64,000 bases of DNA, taken from the NCBI RefSeq assembly GCF_000143415.4, contig NW_003314270.1, positions 2,635,668 through 2,699,667 of the forward strand, read 5' to 3'. A model generated the notes under the pieces. It did no database searches. It was not told the DNA's origin and was given only the letters and a program-made list of their open reading frames with translations. Positions 1 to 13,300 of this stretch are shown in pieces. How positions within the stretch are numbered: the stretch's first letter is position 1; every line of letters starts with the position of its first letter. A program made the translations under genes and the position numbers. This stretch comes from Selaginella moellendorffii (Eukaryota > Plantae > Lycopodiophyta).

Positions 1-360
1 CATATAAGAGTAAAAGCATAACTTTAGGAGAAACTTTGCCTCAAACTTCCAAGCAACAAAGGACCAACATGTTTGCTTATGGAGAGTGGGAGAGAGATAA
101 GAGAGAGAATAGATAATTAGTGAGAGAATATAAATTTTATAGACCCTAATACAACTAGCCCTCAACTACTTCACTCTTTAATATATGGCAACATAACTAG
201 GGTAGCTAGTCTTCAAGCTTTCCACTTACTCCTGAGTATTTTAATTTGCTTACAACTTAATAAAGAATTGGCAATTTTCTCAAGCTAATGAAACAATAAC
301 CCATAAACTTATAAGAGTTTCTTTACTACAACAATATATCCACTTGAACAATTGTATATG

Positions 361-488
361 TGTAGCATACATGGTTTTTGACCTTTATCATATGGTGATT
401 TACCATAGGATAACACGAAGTGGAACCTAAACCCTCTTTATGCCACGTGACACATGCCACATATTATATGCTATGTGTCCAAAGAACA
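361..488 (-). repeat. Fragment of long LTR family A terminus
   Basis: Starts TGTAGCATACATGG and aligns with 13373-13490 (gacctttatc..tatggtgatttaccataggataa..gaacctaaacc). Confidence 0.7.
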
Positions 489-1859
489 CGTAGCTTCTCC
501 AGCAAAGAGCTATCCTATGTCAAGGTGTTAATAACAATTGCCTCACTAGGCATTTACTGTGAGAACCAAATTTCCATTCAGCAATCACTCTTTTGATGCT
601 TGAATGAGGCTTTTTAGTAATGAACTCTATCTTTATCTTTGGTGTCGATGAATGAGAAAACAACATGAATATACATATCTTTTATGAATGGGAAGTATCT
701 CTAAATTGTTGTTATCCATGCTATGAATTGATTATTTCTATCCCACATCAGAAATATAAGCCCTGAGAAATGGCTTCACTCAAAATCCTCAACCAACTAT
801 TTCTTAGACTTTGAATCCTACTCAATGTACCATTCCTCCCAATCTTTATGAGTTTCATCAGTCACTAATATAAGCCTTTGAAGATTATCCATAATGAACC
901 AAATGATTTTGCTCTTCTCCTTCAAGTACCCCTCCAAGTAAAAGAGATCCACCATATGCTCGATAAAACATATCAAGGTGGGAAAGAAAATAAATCTTCC
1001 AAACATTTCCTTTTGTTATAAAATAAAGTTGTAAGAAAGGATTTTACAAACATTCTAGTATGCAAGATGCCAAATATCAAAGGATCATTATTATTTGATA
1101 AAGCCTATATGTCAAAACAAACAATTAAGGAGATTTTTTTTATGAATCTCTTGATCTAAACCTAAATGCATATTGCTAGGTGTAGATAAGCCACCATAAA
1201 GAGAATTATAATGTGGAGGGACATTTTTCTTCCATATTCATGGAAAAAAGATATCTTCATTAGGCATCTTTTTCTTCTTTTTTATCTTAAAATCTTTGTG
1301 TCTTTTGCGATGAGTTTGTAGAACCAATAAATCTCTAAACTAGGAAAAAGAACAAGTAAAATAAAAAGCCTTGACACTTATATATTGTCACTTATAAAAA
1401 AGCAAACCCTACCCTAATTTGTGCCCTAACTAAAGCCCTAATGCATTATAGTAATGAAGAGAAAAAAATAAAGTGCCAAATGTATTATTACACAAATTTA
1501 CAAGGTAGGAACTCCCAAATTGCTACACAAAAACACTAAATAAAAAATAAATAATATCCAAAATAAAAAAATGAAGTACATTGAACTTACTTATTGATAC
1601 AATTTCAATAAGTTTATCCATATCCATATATTTGGTGTTGGTAAACAAAATAATAAAATAAATATGCTTTTCTTTTACCAAAAGAAAATACTTTTTGGTC
1701 ATTATAGTTTATACTTATTTCCATCCACCCCAAAAATAAAAGCCCCAAATGTTAGCTCCACTTAAGATCCTTAGTTAACTCCTTCTCAAACTCTACATCC
1801 TACTCAATTAAACACTAATCCTAGTCCATCTTAGTATATGGTATCTTTAAAGAAAAAAA

Positions 1860-3900
1860 TGAAGTTTATTTCTCTAACAATGTTTACTTACTCAAGAATA
1901 ATACAGTTTTAGAATAAGAATAAGAATTACAAAGAAAATTTAGAGAACTAAAGATTAACTTACAGAATCAAGACATTATAACTACAATAATAGAGTCAAT
2001 CGATTCCTCAAGTGGAATGCAGAATTTTAAATTTAACCCAAAAAATACTGTTTATATGAATGTTTTAATTTAAGAGAAGAAAGTATCTTTGGAAAAGTTA
2101 ATATAGAATTTTTATTGAACCTTGTCCAGTCAAAACTAATAAGTTTTTAGTAATGATTGTTAACTTAGATAGTGAAAACTATACTCCAAGATTTACTCTT
2201 AGATCAACTACAAATTACCCATACAGATTCATAATTTCAATTATCAAATCAATTTCAAGAAGATGTAGAATCAAGGAGTTGTTACAATTTTGTCATAAGT
2301 ATTATATGGATATGCTTTTATTAAAGTACAATGAATATGCTACTTTTAAGTTGTCTCTAATACAACCACCATATAATATAATACAAGGAATGGATCAATT
2401 ATTGGATAGTCATTGTTGGTCATAACCAAGGCAAACATTCATGATTTCTAGGATTAATTATTTCAACAAAGTGTATTTGTCATGTAGAGTGTGACAAATT
2501 CTTTTGTAATTTCTACTAGGAAATAAATGTTGCCAACAAAAAAAACTAAAAAGGAATTACAAAGAAGCAGATTGAGCTACCATGCAAAAAGGCAAATAAA
2601 GAACTTTTGTGCTTGTATTATAATCAACATCTTGTTTGTGAAAAACTTTACAATTGCAAAATTTTGTACCATCAGCCTCATGACATCAAGCTCACCTGAT
2701 TAGCTTTGCATGTGAAAAATCACAAATACAAGGTTCAAATAGGAAAACAGTGAGTAGAAGAGATTATATAAAAAATTTATAGAGAAGAAGTCGAAGATGA
2801 GATGAATTAAAATGCATTAATAAAATTTTTTTTTATAAATAAAAATTGCTTATGATTGCAATTTAAAAGTTCAAGCAAGAAGATTGCCTCTTTCAAACCA
2901 TATTCTGATCTTCATTAAATGAAATTTACAAAAGGGAGCGAGAAAGAAAGCCAAAAGTTTATGGTTTTATGGTAGATGAAGTCAATGCAAATTGGAATAG
3001 AAATTTACTTTGGAGGGGAGTTATACCTAAAAAAAGAGAGATCTTGTATTCCATTTTAAACAGAGTTTGCAATTTAAACACAAAAGACATGTAGCAAATG
3101 AAGAACAGTAGAAGCTCTGAAAAACATAGCATTTAGCACAGAAGTAGAGGCTAAATAATGTTTTAGGCTTATTTAAAACTGATGGAAGGGCAGAGTCCAT
3201 AAGAAGGATAAAAAATACCTTAACTCATCAATATCATAGTGGCACTCAAGAATGTTGTGACAAGAAAACTTTATCTATAAGGTTTGGCTCTAAAAGGAGT
3301 TTCACTATGTTTAAAATCTTGAAATTGCACAAAAAAAAATAGTGGAAGTTGTTTTGATTCTCAATATAAATCATGTTGAAATGAAGCATGTAAAGTGGCT
3401 AGTTACACAGGGGTTCAAGCAGAAATAAACCTCTATAATACATGTTGTGATGACTTGTGTGAGGCTCTATTGCAAAACATCATGTACTTGAAGTGAACAA
3501 GGACTATCAATAAAGGAATTGTTATCTAGGAAGTTGTCAATGATATTTTAGAAAGGAGTGGAAATCAAAAAACAATTTACTGAAATAAGCAGTAACTGCA
3601 ACTTATATTCTTAGTGACAAGGATACACACATGCTAATGTAAATATTCATGTTTGACCAGCTAGAGACTTCTCCTCATGAAAAACTATCAATTTCAACTC
3701 TACAGATAAAGTTACACTTTTAGCTTTTGCCACTATTTTAGAGATACAAAAGGCATGTAATTCAAAGAGTGGAGATAAAAAAGTGTATGACTTATAGAAG
3801 CTACCAAAAAACCATCACTTCTCTAAATATGCTTTTAGTGCTTGATGACAACAAAATTCTAACAACTCAAGATCCAGACTTAAAAAGTTATTTTTAATCA
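1860..3900 (+). mobile_element. Highly decayed Mutator-like (MULE) transposase remnant
   Basis: Broken reading frames contain GMDQLLDSHCW (~2387), Cys-rich stretches, GFMVDEVNANWN (~2964) and FHFKQSL (~3049), resembling the MULE DDE-domain motifs. Many stops and frameshifts; ends not defined. Confidence 0.45.
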
Positions 3901-4299
3901 TATCAACAGGAGGCTAAAGACCATGTGCATCGTGAATGCATAGATTCTGAATGTACATTGAGGATCTAAAGGAGGTTATTATATTAAACAGCAATATAAC
4001 AATCTACAAAATGACCATTAGGATGAAGCTATCATGCAACTATTTAGATTTAAAGAAGGGTGTAGCAAATTGTCAAATCAATTACTACAAATAATTGCTC
4101 TATTTATACTTCATTTGATATGGATTGCAAGACATAGACCTCTAGTGTGCATAAGCAACATATGCCATTTTATTTCCTATGTAATAGAACAAGTTTGGAC
4201 TTATCATATAATAAAACTCAAATGCCAAAAGAATATCCCAAAAATGTCAATGGTCAAAATCAGTCAAAGTATCATTGACAGCCAAACTGCTGTGTAGCA

Positions 4300-4935
4300 T
4301 CCACTAAGGAGAACACACATTTGATATTGTATTGAGAGGAAGCTCTTCCAAAGACTTTGGAAATTAAATGCATCTCCGACATTGATCAAAAAAATTGAGC
4401 ATCTATACATATGCATACTAGTAGAGTATCCAAAAGGCTAATTGATATATTGCACTATCTGGGTCAAACAAGGTTATCCCTTATTCCCCACTCTTTTTGG
4501 TTTATATATCAATACTTTAAAGACACTTCTCTTAGAACAAGATTTAGCAGAAACTTATAAGGCTAAACTCTATCTATATCTCCTCCTCTATGTGTATGAT
4601 TTCTCAATGACACATAAAGGCTTATATCACCACCTGGCAGCCTTCTATCACTCTACTCACTTGTTTGTAAAGCACAAATCATGATCCTTGGTTGAGTTGA
4701 TTGCAACAACAAGAATGATGGTGGTTTTCACTATAAAAACCAAGTATTTGCCCAGGTTTAGAAATACAAGTACCTTTATTACATGGTGGATAGCAAGGAT
4801 CCCTAGCAAACAGGATCAATAGAACAAATTCAAGCTACCACCAATACCTATTACACACTTCAATATGATCTCAAACAAGTTGGCATCTTTCAATGGGATA
4901 TTTGTAAACAATACTATCACATAAAGTCATCATGG
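4300..4935 (+). mobile_element. Degenerate LINE (non-LTR) reverse transcriptase fragment
   Basis: VKQGYPLFPTLFGLYINTL matches the LINE GVKQGCPLSPTLF motif; LLLYVYD is a decayed LLYADD; KYKYL follows downstream. Confidence 0.7.
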
Positions 4936-4944
4936 CATTGATAT

Positions 4945-6307
4945 ATGGAGGTGAGTAGTCTCGTTGCATATGTAGAGATGAAAACGATGATTCGAGTGAG
5001 TATATGTTTGGGTGCACAGGCTTCGCAATTGTTTTTTAGGTATGGATTTTGGTTACCTTTTGTACCATATTATGTGAGCTTGCTCTTGGGTTCATAAAAG
5101 GGATTAAGTTGGCAAGATGGATTTGAGGTGTACTGCAGTCCCACAGTGGATACCTTCGCCCGTGGATACTCTACACAAAAGGAGGGACGTACACATGAAT
5201 GCCCAATACATACGATTTAAAATTTAAGGGTAGAAATATACCTTACTCAAGGGTATATTATATTTTTAAGTAGCCAGTAATCAATGGGAATCGAACCCAT
5301 GCCATTTTCTTTATAGCATTATGCTTGGTGGTAGATTGCACCTTGCATTTCATTAAAACTCTATGAGAGTAGTGAGCTCTCACTGATCTTGACTTGGTCT
5401 GAGTGGCCCTATGCTTTGGCTGAGGATGGTGATGTCCAACTTAGTTGTTTGAGGTCGAGATGTTGGTACCCATACTATAGCTCAGTCTATGAGGTTGTGT
5501 ACCAATATAAGTCCATCTCATAATCTTCACTTTAGTTTCAACTAAGTGTTGGTCATGCATAGCTAACCTCTTCAAGACATGCTCAAAGCTAGTGGCTAAA
5601 TGCATTAGTGAGCTTATTGCGGTTGAGTTGGATTCGAGTAGTCATTTAGTTTATGCTAGTTCATGAACCTTTATCTCATACCTGGGGTATTACGTTCATG
5701 CTGAATAAGTATATGACTCGATGGCATGAGTTTAGTGTTGGGTCTTGTGAAGGCAAGTTGAAATAGTGATTGTTAGTTGCTTGCGACTAGTGCTTGTAGA
5801 CTTCGTCAAGGACTGTGGACACTTGCTTCGCTCGATGACGATTTATCAGTGATGGGTTTACTTTACTGGATGGTGTTGCGGAGGATCGTGTCGTTAAATT
5901 TATATGGTTTTTCCATATTGGCATATCGACTCTACCTTTGTTGATATCATTTGGTTACATTTATTCCGTAGTGTTGGATTTCATTGAGTCTTAGATGTGG
6001 TGAATCACTCCTTCATGATGTGTTATCTATAACTGAGTATTGTTGGAGGATTGGTTTTGGATACTGAGTAAAGTATCTTCAACTTTGGTTAACTTGATTG
6101 CTGGAGAACTTTGAGTGGTGATTCACTCTTACTTCCTTCTAGCTTTGTTCGAGCATATAGCCCAAAGAGCGAAGGGATAGGAGCACAGAACGATTTGGAA
6201 TAGTCCTAGAGTATCCAGCATCCCAATGCTAGGACCATCACGCAAAATGGAGCGAAATGGAGTTTGCCACTATTTCAGCATATTGGTGGCCTAACACAAG
6301 GATATGG
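4945..6307. repeat. Patchwork of retroelement fragments
   Basis: 4945-5133 is the reverse complement of 13165-13355; 5128-5310 is a direct copy of TRIM internal 18612-18793; 5305-6149 is the reverse complement of 10485-11335; 6150-6307 is a direct copy of LTR-A 13600-13755. Confidence 0.85.
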
Positions 6308-7339
6308 TGTAAGGAATCGACTCCCCAAGGTGTCGAAGGCTAAAGGATCCCCAAAGGCATGACCAAAATGATAAAGAGTTCATTGGATGAGACTGAGTCC
6401 AAGATCGAGTCCGAGATCAACTCTAAGACTGAGTTCGAGACTGAGTCCGAGATCGAGTCTAAGACTAACTCCGAGACCGAGTCTGAGACCGAGTTCGAGA
6501 CCGAGTCCGAGATCGAGTCTGAGACCAACTCCGAGACCGAGTCTGAGACCGAATTCGAGACCGAGTCTGAGATCCAATATCGGGTCCGAGACTGAGTCTG
6601 AGATTGAGTCCAAGACAGAGTCCGATGTCGGGTCCGAGATCAAGTTCAAGATCGAGTCTGAGACCAAGTCCGAATACTAATATAGGTTGTAGGGTGGAAG
6701 CCCAAAGCCTGTGTCTCCCAAGGGGGGGTCTATAGGGGGTTCCAAAAGTATAATAGGGATAGTGAGGTCCAAGAACCAGTCTTGAAGGAACTCTCCAATA
6801 GTGCTTCCAAGCTGACTTGAGGTTGAGACTGGGGCCGAGGGGCCCTTGGTGGGAATGAGCATGGACTCGGGTGGTGCCGGAGGGGCTACCCAAGGAAGTG
6901 CTCAAGAGCAGCTCCCACTCTCGGAAGGGAAATCAATTGTAGTGCTCCCGGCTCATGTGGAGTGGTGCCCCATTTGAGTACCTTGCGGCTCATTGGTCCT
7001 TGCCTAAGGGCTTGGGCCTTCCCTTCGAGATGAAAGTGGGAGGAGGGGGAAGGGGGTAGAGGTACTCATATCGGGCCATTATGCCACGGTGTTTCACCCC
7101 AGCATCCTGAAGCAAGTGTTGCACCCAAAGATTGGGATTTAGAGGGTCCCATGATCAAGTCTTGGTGTACCAAGGAATGCTAAGAACCTGGAGGCTTGGT
7201 GTGCTTGGTTTCTTGTGCCTAGGGGGAGTGTAGCTGAACCTTAAGTCCAGTCTAACCCGGCAAGGGGGATTGAGAGAGATTTGGGAATCCATGGATGGAT
7301 GGCTAACACTCTGTTGCTCGTGCAGTGAGTAGCTGAAAC
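6308..7339 (+). mobile_element. 3'-truncated LTR, family B
   Basis: Begins TGTAAGGAATC and is the inverted copy of solo LTR 8919-10008 up to ~9050. Contains a hexamer tandem array. Confidence 0.8.
6388..6675 (+). repeat. Degenerate hexamer tandem array (GAGACC/GAGTCC/GAGATC/GAGTTC) with 60-bp higher-order period
   Basis: Seen directly; translates as a repeated 20-aa unit ETESEIES.TNSETESETEF. Related arrays occur at 9715-9925 and 19355-19720 in the opposite orientation. Confidence 0.9.
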
Positions 7340-10300
7340 TATAGCATACTTCAGTCTAAACCACCACCAAGGAAACAACTCTAGAAAAAGTTCACAGTGA
7401 TCACACTATGTGAGAAATGCACCAACTTAAATGAGTTAGGGTAACCTCTTAGTCTAATGCGGATGCACTACCAACTCAAACACCTTCCGGCCATCGCTGA
7501 CAAGGAAATGACTAACAGAGTTAGCCATCCTTGTTGCTCTGGGTGTCACCCAGCTTACAAAAGTGTGATACACCCCTACTCATAAGGATATAGAGAGAGA
7601 AGCCAGAGGCCCCAACCCTCCTAAGCAAAGAAACTAAACCCGTCAGTAAGGTTTAGATAGACGACTGTAAACATGCAATTAGAGTTGTTTACATGGTCAC
7701 GTCCTTTTAACAAAATAAGGAATATCGACAGAGAGGTGGCTAATATGACCAGTTGACAGTAGCTACCCCAAGACTAGAGATTTCACCATGCACACGAAGT
7801 GTTAAAGCCAATCTGTGTATACTAACCCAAACTCAAAGATCAATAATTGGACAATATCAAAGTCATAGACAATGATATATAAGAGTCTTAAGTATCAATG
7901 ATTAAATCTTATATTAAAGCACAAAAGTATTCTAAGTAAGTTATCATCCGATAAACCAGTATTAGAGTATAGGAACCACCAAGATCAACATGTTCAGAAA
8001 ATATAGGATTCACTATCCAACAAAATTCAATAGCTAGTGTATCATTAAGGACATTAAATGACAAAATATAAGTATAAAAACTTGTAGATAGAATGGCAAA
8101 GAACTTACGAAAGACAACTCAAAGAACACAAAGTATCATCGACTGGCAAGCAAAATGTTCACGAATGTATCACTCGAAGGAAATAACATAATAATCTATT
8201 AGAACTAACTCAAACAATAATCAGCAAAACAAAATGAATGTGGTAAAACCAACAAACACTCATTCATGCTAACTATCACAGAAGCCAATCTAAATAAATC
8301 TCGGTCAATAATACAAAGGAACTCAAGTTGTTTTAGCAAACGTTAGCAATATCCTACTGATATCTCAAACCCAAAAGACTAATCTAGAGCAAATTACAAA
8401 GAACATATGGTATTGCAAAAAGCTATCATATAGCATAACTAACCATTATAAAAGATCATCGATCATCTCATCAAAAAGAGATATGCATAATTATTATCAA
8501 AGAACAATTGCACTATCCCGAAAAATAGTGAATCATTTTGTATTAACAACACGCAAGCAAAACCTTTTGATGAGGATAATCAACTAGTTTAGATGATAGT
8601 CAATCATTACCAATGATTGCCAGATGTAAATTCTAACTTTAATAGTGAAGATATAAGCTAGAATGCCTTCCCCAACAATTTCTAACAAATAGAATAATGA
8701 GCATAAAACTCAAGGAACCAAAAGCTTGAAGAAGTTTATAGCAAAGTTTTACCTAAAATGATCACAAGTCTTGCATGAACTCATTTCAATGTCAAAGAAG
8801 AAATTATGGCACAATCTATAATATCCTCCTCAACACATCCATAAGCTAAACTTTATAATAGAAAGCTAATGAAGAGCATGTCTGCATCAATCCAAAAGCT
8901 AAGCATATTGAAGCTATGTGTAAACCACAAATTTTTCTTTTCTAATTTGCTAGTTTACCTTGTCTATTTGACCCACATTGCCTTGGCTTTTGCTAAGTTC
9001 CCTCGCTAAGGTTCCTGCCTATTGTATCAACTCCTACTTGGTTCTACTTGATTTCAACTACTTATTGCACAAGCAACGAAGCATTAGCCTTCCATCAACG
9101 GATTCCCAAATCTCTCCCGATCCCCCTCCCTGGGTTAGACTGGACTTAAGGTTCGGCTACACTCCCTGCAGGCACAAGCAACCAAGCACACCAAGCTTTC
9201 AGGTTCCTAACATCCCTTGGCACAACAAAACTTGATCATGGGACCCTCTAAATCCCAAGCCTTGGGTGCAACACTTGCTTCGGCACACCGGGCTGAAACA
9301 CTGTGGCCTAATGGCCCGGTATGGGTACCTCTACCCCCCCACTTCCATCCTGAAGGGAAGGCCCAAGCCCCTAGGAAGGGCAAGGACCAATGAGCCACAA
9401 GGTACTCAAGTGGGGCACTACTCCACATGAGCCAGGAGCACCGTAGTCGATTCCCCTTTTGGGAGTGGGAGCTGCTCTTGAGCACTTCGTTGGGTGGCTC
9501 CTCTGGCACCACCCGAGTCCATGCTCACTCCCACCCAAGGCCCCTCGGCCCCAGTTTCAACCTCAAGTCAGTTTGGAAGCACCACTAAAGAGTTCCTTCA
9601 AGACTGGTTCCTGAACCTCACTATTCCTACTATATTTTTGGAACCCCCTGCAGCCCGCGTGCACCCCCGGGAGACGCACGCTTTGGGCTTTCACCCCTTG
9701 ACCTGTATTAGTACTTGGACTTGGTCTCGGACTCGATCTTGGACTTGATCTTGGACCCGGTCTCGGACTCGATCTCGTACCCAGTCTCGAATCTCGGACT
9801 CTGTCTTGAACTCGGTCTCGAACTCGATCTCAAATTCGGTCTCCGAGTCGGCCTCGGACATGATCCTAGACTCTATCTCGAACTCGGTCTCAGAGTTAGT
9901 CTTGGACTCGATCTCAGACTCGGTCCCATCCGATGAACTCTTTATCATTTCTGTCATGCTTTTGGGGATCCTTTAGCCTACGACACCTCGGGGAGTTGGT
10001 TCCTTACACTATGCTTAACAAGTGATCATTAAATGATCCTCCATAAATCCATCTATAGCAAGATGTAACTCACTTTATAACAAGCACAAGAAGAGTCATC
10101 AATGATCAATATATTCCAACTCAAATCTAATAAAGATTCAAACATTCCAATATCAATCACTAACTCTTCTTCTTGTAGAGTTAGTATAGTCCATGACTAA
10201 ATCACTTTTCAAGGAAAAGCTCAAAACTCAACCCCTACTAAACAATCTCATCTAGAACACAACTAACTCAACTTGCAACTTAGTTCGTTTGAACGTCAAT

Positions 10301-13300
10301 ATAGTTGCTAATTAGCAAATGCAGAAATGCTAATAACACAAAGCTATAGCCAAATCAGCAACACTATGTTTATCGAAACTAATGAAACTCAATATCAATC
10401 CTACAGAGAGAGATTTCATTTCACTCAAATCTCAATATCAACTATGTCAACGACAAGGCATCCCTTCAATGCCATCAACACCATAACAAAGCTAACAGGA
10501 AGCAAGAGTGAATCACCACTCAAAGCTCTCCAGCAATTAAGCTAACCAAAGTCGAAGATACTTTACTTAGTATCCAAAACTAATCCTCCAACAATACTCA
10601 ATTACAGATGACACATCATGAAGGAGTGATTCACCACGTCCAAGACTCAATGAAATCCAACACTACAAACTAAATGTAATCAAATGATATCAATAAAGAT
10701 AGAGTCAATATGCCAACATGGAAAAACCATGTAAATTTAATGACACGATCCTCCGCAACACCATCCGGTAAAGCAAGCCCATCACTGATAAATCGTCATC
10801 AAGTGAAGCAAGTGTCCACAATCCTTGATAAAGTCTACAAGCAATCACTAGTCGCAAGCAACTAACAATCACTATTTCAACTTGCCTTCACAAGACCCAA
10901 CACTAAACTCATGCCATCGAGTCATATACTTATTTAACATGAACGTAATACCCCAGATACGAGATAAAGGTTCATGGACTAGCATGAACTAAATGACTAC
11001 TCGAATCCAACTTAACCGCAATAAGCTCACTAATGCATTTAGCCACTAGCTTTGAGCATGCCTTGAAAAGGCTAGCTATGCATGACCAACACTTAATTGA
11101 AACCAAAGTGAAAATCATGAGATGGACTTATATTGGTACACAAACTTCTCATAGACTGAGCTATAGTATGGGTACCAACATGTCAACCTCAAACAATTAA
11201 GTTGGATATCACCATCTTCAGCCAAAGCGCAGGGCCACCCAGACCAAGTCAAGATCAGTGAGAGCTCACTATTCTCATAGAGTTTTAATGAAATGCAAGA
11301 TGCAATTTACCACCAAACATAACACTATAGAAGAAAAGCATAAGTGTCACCTTTCTTAAAAAAGGGCAACAGCCACTTTTTTACACCAACTCCAGACTCT
11401 ATCCAACTCAATTGCCTTAGCCCCAATAGTTAGTATCCCTTTCAAGCTGCATCATATAAACTACCTACTAAGGTTTAGGTTAACCAAAGTCAATTTTAAC
11501 CCCTTCACTACTTTGTACTGGCTTACAAAAACGGAATGGTTTTTGGCAAAATAATCAACAGATCAACTATTGAAAAAGCCTAAGAAAATTTGTGGAAAAT
11601 TTTCCATCCTAGAGAAAGAATAACTCTCAATCCAAGAATGCAAACTTTCAAGACTCAACCAACTTCCTCCTATTAACAACTTCACATAGGTTCACCTCAA
11701 CACAAATTCTCATAATCCAACAATATGCTTAAGCATCGAACATCTTTGCCCATATAACCAACATCTAATACTGACATCCGCAAAATGCAAAGTGAACATC
11801 TAAGGCTTGATCACGAAGGCCACTTCTTTGGATATCCACATTAGACTAACACTCTTCTTCAACCACCTTCAAGATCCAATGTGAAACCAAAATATTAACA
11901 AGAAAAATGACATAGAAAATTAAGTTCTAAGGAAAATTCCTCATCACTCGAAATAACAATGCCACTTCCACTAACACAAGTGCTAGTGATATTATTGGCT
12001 CAACTACACACCTTCTCTATCCAATAATTTACTCTAAGTGTTAACGGATCAATTGACAAGCTATAGCAAATGAATGTTATAACCCTTTCCAACACTTTAA
12101 TGGGCAAACTCAAGGAAACAAGGTACCAACTTAAGCTTAACATAATGGTCCACCATCAAGAATTCAATCAAAGCTACTATAATGCTACTTAATGCAAATA
12201 GACTAGCTTCACTATCAACTACTTTGGGGTTGATCATCGTTTAACCAAGCAACTTTGTAAACACATTACTCATTATCATATGAATATGATATAAGTATCA
12301 CAATGATTTGATCATCAATTGAGCAACACCACGAGTAATGCCCATGTCATTACTTCAAAGGTTTATGTAAGTATCAAGTGCCAACTCAATTTGACAAAAT
12401 GCAATATAAATATCACACTCCATCGATAAAGATTTACAACACCCAACATCACTAACTTTTATTCATAACATAGACAAGCTCATGCCACTTTCTATTCAAC
12501 CAAACTCAAAACTAATTCAACACCAAATTATTCAAGGAGCAATAACAAAGTTCCCAAGAAAAGAATTAAGCATTGTAACCCAAGCTTTCTAATAGCAAGT
12601 CTAGACAAAATGGTTTAGCGCTTCACCGCTATCCATCCCACGACTCACCACTTGCAAGATCATCAGTTCCAACATGCATCAATATAAGAACTCTTTATTG
12701 CATGATGTGAATATGAGCAATGAATGAACACCTCGTTACAAATCATCTCTCCAAGAAGAGAAGATGATTTACGTGTTTGATCCTTCGTCCCTGATGACTC
12801 TCTTTTTAGTCTCTACTTTGACCAAACCTCAATCTTGCTTTCACACTGCCTTCAGTCCAATCCAAAAAATGTTTATGAGAAAGCACAACAATGAGTACTT
12901 GAATCAATAGACTCATCCCTACAATCTTTGATTGATCCACTTTTAATCATGCCTATGAAGGATCCACTAGTGCCATGCTAAATAGCTATGGACCAGCCTA
13001 TTTGCTACTCATAGCAAACCTAAGGGAGGTTTATTTTCACCCATAGTACATGGAACAACTTATGGAACCACCAATAAGCTAATATTAATCTTGCCAACTT
13101 AAAGTGTAACCTTGAGTTGCTAATGTGCCTCACTCACGAGCCCAAGCATAAGCTCATGCAAAATGGTACACCTCAAATCCATCTTGCCAACTCAATCCTT
13201 TTTATGAGCCCAAGAGCAAGCTCACATTATTACGGTACAAAAAGGTAACAAAATCCATACCTAAGGAACAATTGCGAAGCCTTTGCATCCAAATATGTAC

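Noticed and set aside
6388-6675. Regular repeats as a possible CRISPR array
   Set aside because: No unique spacers, no cas genes, eukaryotic LTR context.
6340-6905. Overlapping Ser/Glu/Thr- and Arg/Ser-rich ORFs (also 9691-9957, 19257-19831)
   Set aside because: Artefacts of stop-free hexamer repeats inside LTRs.
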